Origin: Candidatus Bathyarchaeia archaeon
GTDB taxonomy: Archaea > Thermoproteota > Bathyarchaeia > Bathyarchaeales > Bathycorpusculaceae
Assembly (NCBI GenBank): GCA_050010755.1
Contig: JBEKKK010000001.1
Span: forward strand, 1,312,001-1,376,000
Length of the DNA: 64,000 nucleotides
Reading direction: 5' to 3'
Shown: positions 39,756 to 49,267 of the stretch, in pieces
Layout of the letters: every line of letters begins with the position of its first letter
How positions within the stretch are numbered: the stretch's first letter is position 1
Notes under the pieces: model-generated
What the model was told of the DNA's origin: nothing
Databases searched by the model: none
What the model saw: the letters and a program-made list of their open reading frames with translations, nothing else
Translations under genes and position numbers: made by a program

Positions 39756-40796
39756 ATGAGCGGAGCGGAAGAGTCTAGAAAACAGAGACCCTTTCCAAGG
39801 AATACAGTCGAAGATGCCCTAAGAATTGCGAAAACAATTCTAGACCTTAACAATGGCAAACCCATGAAACGAATTTTTATTGCAGATCACTTGAAAATAA
39901 GACCCGATAGCACCAATTTCAAGTATTTGATTAGTGCCTCTTTTAGGTACGGTCTTACGCAAGGGAATGAGAAATCTGAATTCATCAGCCTGACACCCTT
40001 AGGCGAATCGATAGTGAGAGCAAAGGATGCAGAAAAGACGGCATTTCTCCAAGAGGCTGTTCAAAAGATACCTGTATTCCACAATTTCTATGAAAGGTAT
40101 CGAGATGCTAAACTGCCTACGGATGAGTATGCAAAGAAACTTCTAAAAGACGAGTTTCAGGTTCCCTCAGAGCATTTGGATGAATGCCTAAACATATTAA
40201 TCACGAATGGAAGATTCGCAGGACTAATAAGAGAAGTAGCAGGAGCCACTCGTGTTGTTTTTGAGACGGCTACTTCAGCTACTCCTGTAGTCCCGCAAGA
40301 GTCAGAAGCCCAAGGAGAAGAAGGAGCGGGAGAGGAAAAGGAAGAGAAAGCCGAGCTACTCAAGGAGCAAATCAAGAAGCCACGGGTATTCATTTCTCAC
40401 AGCAAAAACAAGAAAATAGTCGACCAGATAAAACAGATTTTGGATTTTGGACAGTTTGAATATGTAGTTGCAGAGGAAACAGAAACTACAGCGATTCCTA
40501 TTCCTGACAAAATCTTTGGATTGATGAGAGACTGTGATTGCGCAATAATAAATGTAAGCGCAGATGAGCAAGAGAAACGAGCCGATGAAACCTATGGAAT
40601 AAATCCCAACGTTCTCGTGGAAATTGGCGCCGCTTTCCTCAAGTATAACAAGAAAGTGATTTTACTCGTGGACAAGAGAATAAACTTGCCTTCGAATTTG
40701 CAAGGGCTATACCGAAGCGAGTATGAAGGCGATGAACTCACCTTTACCACGGCAATGAAATTACAAAAAGCACTCACGGATTTTAGGAAACTGTGA
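39756..40796 (+). CDS. wHTH-like N-terminus + TIR-like nucleotide-binding domain
   Basis: RVFISHS...NPNVLVEIG...LPSNLQG. Confidence 0.8.
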   Translation: MSGAEESRKQRPFPRNTVEDALRIAKTILDLNNGKPMKRIFIADHLKIRPDSTNFKYLISASFRYGLTQGNEKSEFISLTPLGESIVRAKDAEKTAFLQEAVQKIPVFHNFYERYRDAKLPTDEYAKKLLKDEFQVPSEHLDECLNILITNGRFAGLIREVAGATRVVFETATSATPVVPQESEAQGEEGAGEEKEEKAELLKEQIKKPRVFISHSKNKKIVDQIKQILDFGQFEYVVAEETETTAIPIPDKIFGLMRDCDCAIINVSADEQEKRADETYGINPNVLVEIGAAFLKYNKKVILLVDKRINLPSNLQGLYRSEYEGDELTFTTAMKLQKALTDFRKL

Positions 40797-41354
40797 TTGA
40801 AGGTTGAAAGAATGTGGCATGAATATCCGATTCCGACAGATTTTGAGAACCAGAAAAGAATCATTAGGGCGTTGAGGGAATGGATAAAGCAACTTGAAGC
40901 TGACAACTTGATCTCTGGATTCGCGTTTAATCATTATTCCTCAAATCCTGAAGTGCCTGATGAACTTCGAGTCAGATTTCAATACTCTAATGAAAATAAC
41001 CGCGAGGGCGTAGAAAATCAATTAGAAACCGAAGTTAAAGAGATGCTACCGAATTATGTGATGCAAGAGAGGGAATGGGGCTCAGACACAACCGATAGGC
41101 ATATTCTCCAAGCCTACGAACTCGGAAGTAGATGGTCTTTTCTAGCTTGGGAACTAATCGAAAAGGGACGTTTTCCAGCGGAGTATTTCACGCGCCCAGA
41201 GTTCCAGTTCCATTTTAACCACGGAGTAATGAACTCTCTCGGTATTCCGAAAATCCCTGACGAACTAAACATTCACATAAACAACATAATGGATGCTACC
41301 AATTCGCGAACAAAAGAATCTCTAATAAGATGGTTGCAGGAACATCTTGCCTGA
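40797..41354 (+). CDS. Hypothetical protein resembling lantibiotic dehydratase C-terminal/thiopeptide-type domain
   Basis: LISGFAFNHY...ELRVRF...HGVMNSLGI; abuts TIR stop codon. Confidence 0.5.
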   Translation: MKVERMWHEYPIPTDFENQKRIIRALREWIKQLEADNLISGFAFNHYSSNPEVPDELRVRFQYSNENNREGVENQLETEVKEMLPNYVMQEREWGSDTTDRHILQAYELGSRWSFLAWELIEKGRFPAEYFTRPEFQFHFNHGVMNSLGIPKIPDELNIHINNIMDATNSRTKESLIRWLQEHLA

Positions 41355-41522
41355 ACTCGACAATCCTTGGAATCCAATCCTTCCTTTCTCCCCACGCACC
41401 ATCTCCTTTTGCTGAAAAACTAATTATGGATTACTAGCGCGCGCCACCCAACAAACGAAAAACATTAAGCATACTCTCGCCAAAGAGGAATTAACAATAA
41501 CGACATCTGGTAGGTTACCAAA

Positions 41523-42254
41523 ATGACAATTGAGAATTGTGCATATTGCAGGGGAACAGGTAAAGATCCCAACACAGGCCTTATTAGCAAATTTAGGCCC
41601 TGTCCAGTTTGTAATGGGCACGGTGAGCGTACCATTGAGGTTCCCATAGACCAACTGAAGCACTGTCCTTATTGCAGTGGAACAGGTAAAGATCCCAACA
41701 CAGGCCTTATTAGCAATTATGAGCCCTGTCCAACTTGCGGAGGTTGGGGTCGAATTGCGAGATCTACATGCGATTCTTCTAAAAAGAAGGAAGAACCAAG
41801 TCCAGATTTGGGCAAGAGCAAACTTCAATTCTCAAATAGGATATTCATCGTTCATGGAAGAGACAGATTGCCAGCACTTGAACTCAAAGTGCTTGTTGAG
41901 GACAAGTACCCGATAGAAGCTATCCTTTTAGAAGAAAAGGCTCATCAAGGCAAGACTCTTGTTGAGAAATTGGAGAAATACTCTGATGTGAATTATGCGT
42001 TCATAATCATCACTCCAGATGACGTCGGATCATTGAAAGGCGAGCCTCTCAAAGAAAGGGGGCGCCAAAATGTTATTTTTGAATGGGGAGTTTTTCTAGG
42101 CAAAATAGGAAGGAGTAACACGTGCCTTCTAATCAAAGGAGATGGGGAAATTCCTTCAGATTTGCACGGAGTCGGATTCTACAGATTCAATGAGAGCGTA
42201 AAAGAGTGTTTTCTAGACATAGATAATGAACTCAAAGGAGCCAAAATAGTCTAG
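41523..42254 (+). CDS. DnaJ-type CxxCxGxG Zn finger + TIR-like (CAP12/Pycsar-type) domain
   Basis: 4x CxxCxGxG; IFIVHGRD, TPDD, RQNVIFEWG, IPSDLHG. Confidence 0.88.
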   Translation: MTIENCAYCRGTGKDPNTGLISKFRPCPVCNGHGERTIEVPIDQLKHCPYCSGTGKDPNTGLISNYEPCPTCGGWGRIARSTCDSSKKKEEPSPDLGKSKLQFSNRIFIVHGRDRLPALELKVLVEDKYPIEAILLEEKAHQGKTLVEKLEKYSDVNYAFIIITPDDVGSLKGEPLKERGRQNVIFEWGVFLGKIGRSNTCLLIKGDGEIPSDLHGVGFYRFNESVKECFLDIDNELKGAKIV

Positions 42255-42477
42255 CGCGCGCTCAAGTCACTTCGCTCCTTTCGCCGAAACTAAACCGTGC
42301 ACTATCCAAGAAATAGACGGAATCAGACTATGCAGAAAACGCAAATGAACTCAAACCTCCTCTTTCTCTAATTACCAAAACAGAGCGTCAGTTAGTCTCG
42401 TTGCCATCTGGTGGCAATCAGAAGGTTTTAAGAACTAGTTCCAAGGATGCTATAAGTGAGTTCTAGGAGACAATAGC

Positions 42478-42882
42478 ATGGAAAAAGAACTGCTCTTCGA
42501 AGCCAAAGAGAACGCCACCTCATTTAACATCAAGGAATTCAGCCCAGAAGGCGCGAAGATCGACATCACCCTTACGGGAAAAATCAACGGAAAGGTGAAA
42601 GGGACAATCATAACCACACACACTGTCCTCATGAAGCCTGACGGCACATCGAAAATCGATCACAGATCAGTCATCTTCAGCAACGGCGAGCCAATCTTCG
42701 TAATGGGAACTGGCATGGGGAAAATCGTGAACCCCGCTCCTGTGCGGGACGTTGAGGAAGACCTGACATTCCAGACACCATCTCAAAAACTGGCATATCT
42801 CAATACGACTAAGGGCTGGTCAAAGGGTCCCTTCAACCCCGAAACGGGCGAATACAACTTCAAGGTCTACGCCGTCAAGTAA
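42478..42882 (+). CDS. Hypothetical beta-rich protein
   Basis: AGGAG SD; clean 134-aa ORF. Confidence 0.7.
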   Translation: MEKELLFEAKENATSFNIKEFSPEGAKIDITLTGKINGKVKGTIITTHTVLMKPDGTSKIDHRSVIFSNGEPIFVMGTGMGKIVNPAPVRDVEEDLTFQTPSQKLAYLNTTKGWSKGPFNPETGEYNFKVYAVK

Positions 42883-43143
42883 CGCGCAACACAACTTTTC
42901 AAAAAACGCAAATAACCCTCCTTTTTCTATGACCAACAGAACCAACACACTTCATCGCGCGCGCTAATAGCATTTTAAACAAGAATCAATTTGGCTCGTG
43001 AGCCTTCGGCTCACTCGCCCGTTCCAGACGATACGCCAAAAATGCCGATACGCTCAAAAACTGCTTGCACAAGTCTAAGCGAGGCGCGCGCTAGTTACCC
43101 TAATGTTTATCCTTTTGACAGATCATTAGTAGAAGTGAATAAT

Positions 43144-43692
43144 ATGGAAAAGAAAGCTGTACTTATAACAACCTTGTGCGCTATGATTGTAGTTGTCATC
43201 TTTTTCCAGTTCATCCTGTTCAACACTTCGCTACCAAAAGACTACACGACATATTACAGCGAGTTCAACAAGACTCCCACGCTTGCATACAACTACTCCT
43301 TGTCTCCTCCAGTTTCCGTATACCAAGCGTTGTTGATAGCTCTAAATAGCCGATACTGGAACCGAGAATCCCTCGAAAATTTCAGCGTCTACATCGAGCT
43401 TGACTACTGGGCATACTTTACGAACCTTTCCCCTCCGAACGGAGTGTTGGAATTGGGTGGCGCAACTTACAGGTCGACTGGCAAACCCATAAGCGGAACG
43501 GCTATAATAAATACGGTGACACAACCGCCCGCGGATTGGTTACCTCAACAAATCGACAACATCACTTACCGATACGTCTGGACAATCAACGTCCAATATG
43601 TGATCCATCCCAATGATAAGATTCCTATTGTGCCTAGCTTGCCTTTTCAGTTTCAAGTTGACGCCGCAACCGCAGAATTAATTGAGCCATAA
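43144..43692 (+). CDS. Membrane-anchored exported protein (PepSY-like tail)
   Basis: N-terminal TM after ATG 43144; C-terminal YVWTI...VDAATAELI. Confidence 0.65.
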   Translation: MEKKAVLITTLCAMIVVVIFFQFILFNTSLPKDYTTYYSEFNKTPTLAYNYSLSPPVSVYQALLIALNSRYWNRESLENFSVYIELDYWAYFTNLSPPNGVLELGGATYRSTGKPISGTAIINTVTQPPADWLPQQIDNITYRYVWTINVQYVIHPNDKIPIVPSLPFQFQVDAATAELIEP

Positions 43693-43960
43693 ACACGTTA
43701 AGCGTGCACGAAACGAAAAATCAAGAAAACGCCCAAGTCCTCGGCGACATAAGCCTTTCCCCTTCGCTCCGCTCAGGGTGCGCCTCCTTCGCAACTTTTT
43801 ACTGATGCAAAATATCCCACAAGGTCGCGCGCGCTACAAAAAAAGGCGAAATGCCAATCGAACGCCAAAGGAACAGCAACAATAACGCCACAAACAACCC
43901 GCTATACTCTCGCTAACAGGAACGAATTAACTAACACACGCTACAACAACAGAACACACA

Positions 43961-44034
43961 ACAGAACAAACAACGACAGAACAAACAACGACAGAACAAA
44001 CAACGACAGAACAAACAACGACAGAACAAACAAC
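43961..44034 (+). repeat. Tandem repeat (ACAGAACAAACAACG) x ~5
   Basis: Four perfect 15-mers plus a 14-nt fifth copy; non-coding. Confidence 0.95.
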
Positions 44035-44233
44035 AAACAACAGTAAACAACAGAACGCTATAAACACCCGCCGTTTTAACGCTCAGTAAAGTAACGCGGA
44101 AATCCAACAGAGCAACAAGCCGCCCGCACAGCGCGCGCTACTGACAGCTCAAGCAAGCCATCAACATCAACAAACCAAGCAAAGCTAGAAGCATTAGATG
44201 CTTCGCAAACTAATTTAGGAACAACCATGCGCG

Positions 44234-45031
44234 CTATTTCTTCGAATTGTGTATTAGATAATTGACAACAAAACCAAGTGCCATGAATGTAAACCCAACA
44301 GCATCTACCAATATACCTATCGTTTGGTAAGGATATACTCGGCGCGGAATCGATAAAACATCGGCGTGACTATATTGCATCTCGAAATAGGATGCCGCAA
44401 CCAAGCCAATCGCCAAAAGAAATATCCCCAAAATCAACAATACGTTGCTTCTCGCTAGCGCCCGCGCGCTGGTTGCCTCATTAACTAAGAAGGCACACAG
44501 AAACATTGCTATTGCAGGGTAAACAAGGTAGTAGCCTAGTTGATATCCTGCGAAAAATATATTGCCCGCCTGTATGAGGGCGCTCACGCACGTCATCAGA
44601 ACGACAACTAGTAGGCTAAGAAGAACTGGTGCAAGCAGTAATGTTTTTCTTTTGAATTTGATTGAAACCAAGCCTAGGACTAACGTGAGAAGTTGAGCTA
44701 TAAACATCATTGGTATAAACACCGACGCTGAATCAAAAGTAGATTCAACGTAATTGCTCGCCCAGTAATTATAGAACCATACCGTCTGCGCTAGCGTGCG
44801 CGAGCCAGAACTATAGAAAAAGAATTGGGTGGCCCTAGTCATGTACGACGAGTAATAGTTTGACCAGTTTTGACCAGACACAAAGCCATCAGACACCTGG
44901 ACACCATACCATTGAAGATAGAAGAACGGCAAAATGAAAGAAAATAGAAAAAGGAGGCATCCCACAACTGTGAATGTCTTTCTAAGGGTACCGCCAGTCC
45001 AATGTCCAACTGTTTTCTCAAGATAACTCAA
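44234..45031 (-). CDS. Multi-pass hypothetical membrane protein
   Basis: About 6 TM segments. Confidence 0.7.
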   Translation of the reverse strand: MSYLEKTVGHWTGGTLRKTFTVVGCLLFLFSFILPFFYLQWYGVQVSDGFVSGQNWSNYYSSYMTRATQFFFYSSGSRTLAQTVWFYNYWASNYVESTFDSASVFIPMMFIAQLLTLVLGLVSIKFKRKTLLLAPVLLSLLVVVLMTCVSALIQAGNIFFAGYQLGYYLVYPAIAMFLCAFLVNEATSARALARSNVLLILGIFLLAIGLVAASYFEMQYSHADVLSIPRRVYPYQTIGILVDAVGFTFMALGFVVNYLIHNSKK

Positions 45032-45283
45032 GTTAATCTAAAAGAAATATTACTAGAGCACCTTAAAAGGGCTATTGTTAAGAACAGCATTGCCAAAATC
45101 ATGTCATGCGCGCGCTCTTCGCATTCTTTTATCTTCTTTTCACTTATCCCCAAACCCACCAGATGGAATGATTGGGCGTATATTCATAAGCCGTTACAAG
45201 CGCACGCTCCCCGCAGTCCTAAAAAGTTGCTCAGTCGGGAAAGGCATATTGTCGCCTCGTCAAAGACGAATTAGGAATGTGGG

Positions 45284-45526
45284 TTGAATTACATGACAAA
45301 CCAAACAAACGAAACCCAAAAAAGAACATGTAAAGAAATAGAACACGGGAGACTGAGGACAGAAATAGAAATTCCCAAACTCCCAGAAAGGGCAAAAACT
45401 ATGAATGAAGAAACCAAACCCGAAACCAAGGATCAACCACAAACCAAAAACCAACAAGAAACACCAAAACCAGAATTACTTGTACTAAAGACGGGTTACG
45501 GCCAACACGCCAGCCTTTTTCGCTAA
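45284..45526 (+). CDS. Small hypothetical ORF running through attR
   Basis: A/C-rich codon style like the integrase. Confidence 0.35.
   Translation: MNYMTNQTNETQKRTCKEIEHGRLRTEIEIPKLPERAKTMNEETKPETKDQPQTKNQQETPKPELLVLKTGYGQHASLFR
45492..45515 (+). repeat. attR core (duplicated rnpB 3' end) followed by TTTTT
   Basis: Identical to 36940-36963. Confidence 0.92.
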
Positions 45527-45761
45527 CCCGCCTCATTTTTACTTCCTCTTCGCGCGCGCTAATCTTCCCATTCTTCGATAATATTTACCAAACGGTTTCA
45601 CCTTGGACTATGTTGGCGCAGGAGTTTAAGGGAATTCTGGCACTGATAAAGCACAGTGTGCTTTAGAAGGCTGTACAAATATTGCAAGTTCGACCGCGCG
45701 CGTTTCAGAAATACTATTATCTGGGTTTGATCTGTCCTTTTCCAACTGGGAGATATGTGCT

Positions 45762-46034
45762 ATGAATATTGGGGTTTGGGAAGTTGGGGTACGCGTTGGC
45801 TTGGTGTTGGCCACCGGCTTGTTGTTTGCAGTCATGTTTTCGGCTTATCGCCGCGCAAAAGGCCGCAAAATGCTGTTGATCACTACAGGCTTTGGAGTGT
45901 TCTTTGTAGATGGATTGATCTCACTGCCTGAGCTAGTCAACGAAACGTATGCGATGGCCATGACTGAAGAAATGCATATGCTCATTCAGATAATAGGCCT
46001 TGTATTCATTTTGATTGGTATCTTGCAGGAATAG
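45762..46034 (+). CDS. Small 3-TM membrane protein
   Basis: SAYRR...LLITTGFGVF; upstream of HTH gene. Confidence 0.7.
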   Translation: MNIGVWEVGVRVGLVLATGLLFAVMFSAYRRAKGRKMLLITTGFGVFFVDGLISLPELVNETYAMAMTEEMHMLIQIIGLVFILIGILQE

Positions 46035-46040
46035 TCCGAC

Positions 46041-46598
46041 ATGTTCAAGAACGAGATTCTGGAGAACGAAAGAAGACGCAAGATATACGCACTGATAGAG
46101 GCCAATCCAAGCGTTCATCTTAGGGAACTGCAGAGGATGATGAATATGCCTCTGGCCACGTTGGAGTATCATCTGGATTACATGTTGCGTAAGAAAGTAC
46201 TTTTCGCCGAATCGGATGCGTATCACAAGCGATATTACACGAAGCCTGTTGACGCGGCTGACAAGAAGGTACTTTGTTCACTTAGACAGACCAGAATGCG
46301 GGAAATCATCCTCATAGTCCTCGCAAACACCAAACCCAAATACCAGTTTCTATCAGACTGCATGAAAATTCCTCACTCAACTCTCTCATTTTACCTCAAA
46401 CACCTGATCGACGACAATATACTGGCGAAAGAAAGAATCGGCTACGACACATTTTACACCGTACGGGACGAAGATCGAATCGTGAGGTTGTTGGTAGCCT
46501 ACAAGTCAAGTTTTCTGGACAAGATCGTGGACAGAACTCTGAAAACATGGATAGAAACGCGATTCCGCAGTGAACCTGAAAACGCTCAGGCGACCTAG
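46041..46598 (+). CDS. Double winged-HTH (ArsR-like) regulator
   Basis: RRKIY..I..NP.VHLREL...TLEYHL; STLSFYLKHL. Confidence 0.85.
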   Translation: MFKNEILENERRRKIYALIEANPSVHLRELQRMMNMPLATLEYHLDYMLRKKVLFAESDAYHKRYYTKPVDAADKKVLCSLRQTRMREIILIVLANTKPKYQFLSDCMKIPHSTLSFYLKHLIDDNILAKERIGYDTFYTVRDEDRIVRLLVAYKSSFLDKIVDRTLKTWIETRFRSEPENAQAT

Positions 46599-46700
46599 CC
46601 CAGCATTTGTACTAGTCCCATCCAACATTCGTCCGACTCTTCTTATAAAGGCGCGCGCTTGTGTGGTGACAATTAAGGAAACGTATTTAGAGAATAGGGG

Positions 46701-47807
46701 GTGAAAAAGGTGGAAAGAAAAATCTTGGCAATTTTGAGCATTGCAGTTGCAATCTTCGCGGTATTTGCAGTGGCGAGTGTAGCAAGTGCAGGACTTAAAA
46801 ATGTTGGAGCCATCTACACCATCGATAATGCCGCAGCAGGAAACAACGTCCTATACTACAGCAGAGCAGCAGACGGATCAATCACATATGTTAGTTCTTT
46901 CTCGACTAATGGGTTGGGAACAGGAACGAAACTTGCAAGCCAAGGCGCAGTGGTCCTTACAGAAGATGGGCGCTTCTTGCTTGTAGTTGACGCTGGAAGC
47001 AACGAAATCTCAGTTTTCAAGGTGCAAAGCAACGGATTGACTTACTCGAGTAAGGCGGGTTCCAATGGGACTATGCCGATAAGCTTAACCGTCTACGAGA
47101 ACTGGGTGTATGTGCTGGATGCTGGCGGATCTGGAAACATAGCAGGATTCACGCTGAGCAAATCTGGCGTATTGACCTACATACCCGGCTCGAATCAGCC
47201 TCTAAGCGGTGCATCTACACCTTCGCCTGAGCAGATAGGGTTCAGCCCTGACGGAAACGTGTTAGTCGTAACAGAAAAAGGCACTAACACCATCGATACG
47301 TACATGGTCGGCACTAATGGAGTAGCCAGCGCCCCGACAACTCATGCCTCCAATGCTTTTGGACCATACGGATTTGCCTTCACTGATGATGACAAACTGG
47401 TTCTTAGCGAAGCAGCAAACAATACATTGTCTTCATACATCATTTCTGACCAAGGTGACTTGAGAACTATCAGCGGTGCTATGCCAACTTTTGGCAATGC
47501 ACCCTGCTGGGTCACAATAAATGATAAGGGCAGCTTTGCCTACACGACCAACGCGCATGGGGGAACTATATCGACGTTCTCAATCTCGTGGAATGGGGGC
47601 ATAACCTTGCTAAGTTCTGTAGCTGCGACAATCAATGTTCCGGCACTTGACATGGCTTTCAGCCATCATAGTCAGTTCCTTTACGTGCTCAATGGCAACA
47701 GCCCTGCAGGCATCACAGGATTCAAAGTGTACCCAGATGGAAGTTTGTCGCAGGTAACATCAGTGAGCGGAATCGCTGGATCTGCTGCAGGATTGGCGGC
47801 ATCTTAA
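46701..47807 (+). CDS. Exported lactonase-family beta-propeller protein
   Basis: Signal peptide; repeated blades DGRFLLVVDAGSNEISVF, FSPDG, APCW. Confidence 0.85.
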   Translation: MKKVERKILAILSIAVAIFAVFAVASVASAGLKNVGAIYTIDNAAAGNNVLYYSRAADGSITYVSSFSTNGLGTGTKLASQGAVVLTEDGRFLLVVDAGSNEISVFKVQSNGLTYSSKAGSNGTMPISLTVYENWVYVLDAGGSGNIAGFTLSKSGVLTYIPGSNQPLSGASTPSPEQIGFSPDGNVLVVTEKGTNTIDTYMVGTNGVASAPTTHASNAFGPYGFAFTDDDKLVLSEAANNTLSSYIISDQGDLRTISGAMPTFGNAPCWVTINDKGSFAYTTNAHGGTISTFSISWNGGITLLSSVAATINVPALDMAFSHHSQFLYVLNGNSPAGITGFKVYPDGSLSQVTSVSGIAGSAAGLAAS

Positions 47808-48119
47808 GAGCTGCAAAAACAAAAAATCTAACTCTCTCCTCTTTTTTAGCATATGGGAAAGATGTAAGACATAGTGCGTCAATGTTTTGTTGATATAGCT
47901 GTTCATTATTCTCTCAAGCTTCTGGATTCTGACGCGCTCTCGAGTGTTGCTAAAGGAGATGCAGAACGTTTTCTTTGAAAGCTTCAAGCGTTGGAGTTGT
48001 TGGTGCACATTGGAAGATTATGTAAGAGATTCCAGTTTCGTCTTTCTCGAGGCGCGCGCGTTTTGCATACGTTGACTCACCAGAAAGCTTATGCATCAAT
48101 CCCGTGATTTTGATACTAA

Positions 48120-48599
48120 GTGATTTGTTTGGCGAAAGAAGAACTGAAACCACTTGAAGTTGTGCCATATGTCGAGCTGAATAAATATCTAGGTAAATGG
48201 TATGAGATTGCACATCTTCCCTTTAGGTTTGAAAATGGTTGTACTGACATAACAGCGACTTACAGCTTATCTAAAGATGGCAACGTTTCCGTACTCAATG
48301 AATGCCTGAGAGATGGCAAGCTGAAACAGGCAAATGGGAAGGCAAAAGTGGTTGACAAAAATTCTGGAGCAAAACTTAAGGTAACATTCTTCTGGCCGTT
48401 CTCTGCTGATTATTGGATTATAGATCTAGGAAATGACTACGACTACGCCGTTGTAGGGACACCAAACCGCAAGTATCTATGGATATTGAGCAGAACCCCC
48501 CAAATGGATGACAACCTATTTTCCCAATTAGTTGAATCTGTAAAGTCAAAAGGTTTCGATATTAACAAACTGATCAAAACCAGCCATAAAGGAAACTGA
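48120..48599 (+). CDS. Bacterial-type lipocalin (Blc-like)
   Basis: KYLGKWYEIA, KLKVTFFWPF..DYW, YLWILSRTP. Confidence 0.92.
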   Translation: MICLAKEELKPLEVVPYVELNKYLGKWYEIAHLPFRFENGCTDITATYSLSKDGNVSVLNECLRDGKLKQANGKAKVVDKNSGAKLKVTFFWPFSADYWIIDLGNDYDYAVVGTPNRKYLWILSRTPQMDDNLFSQLVESVKSKGFDINKLIKTSHKGN

Positions 48600-48633
48600 T
48601 TTCATAATCGTAGCGCGCGCTTAAAGTAATTCT

Positions 48634-49089
48634 TTACTCGCTCTGCCTGCGATGAAGCGAGGTCAAGATGAGCATAAGCCCCGTGCAGCAACACAGGAAA
48701 CCTTTCAAGATCCAAGTTGAATAAAACAGGTTGTCCAAGGCAGCGAATTTAGCCACTTCTGGAATAATAAACCTAGTTGCGTCCTCGCTCCGATAAGCTA
48801 GGGCAAGAAAGATAGTAAACAATCCGTATAGGATGACAATGAAAGAGAGACGGAAAATCACGTTTGCTTCTTTATCTGTTCCTTCTCGCTTTAGATAGCC
48901 ATTGAGATAAAAACCTATTCCAATTGCTAAGAGCGCCATCATTGATACGTTCCAAGCTATACCGGGTTGAGGGGACTGAAGATACAGATCGAGTTGCCAA
49001 CCCGCCAACGGCAAAACCACTGTTACAGCACAGAGGGAAAAGACAGGCGTTAGCAGAATCAGATTTGAACCGGCAAGAAACTGTCGCAA
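48634..49089 (-). CDS. Hypothetical membrane protein
   Basis: 4 TM. Confidence 0.6.
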   Translation of the reverse strand: MRQFLAGSNLILLTPVFSLCAVTVVLPLAGWQLDLYLQSPQPGIAWNVSMMALLAIGIGFYLNGYLKREGTDKEANVIFRLSFIVILYGLFTIFLALAYRSEDATRFIIPEVAKFAALDNLFYSTWILKGFLCCCTGLMLILTSLHRRQSE

Positions 49090-49267
49090 CTCTTTGCCCC
49101 ATCAATCTTCTGCCGCCTGCCGCTTTAAAGGTTTGTCGCGCGCGCTAAAATCGAAAAAACCGAAATAAATAACGCGCCCATCAGTGCGCGCTAGGCAAGT
49201 TTTCAGAGATAGAGCGCAGCGTTCAAGACGTTAGAAAGGACATTCAAGAACTGAAGAAAACAATCTC

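Larger units (their letters stand above)
36940..45515. mobile_element. Integrated element (~8.55 kb) inserted at the 3' end of rnpB
   Basis: 24-bp exact direct repeat at both ends; integrase next to left site; compositional shift. Confidence 0.88.

Noticed and set aside
43961-44034. CRISPR array
   Set aside because: 15-bp head-to-tail units with no spacers; no cas genes in the window
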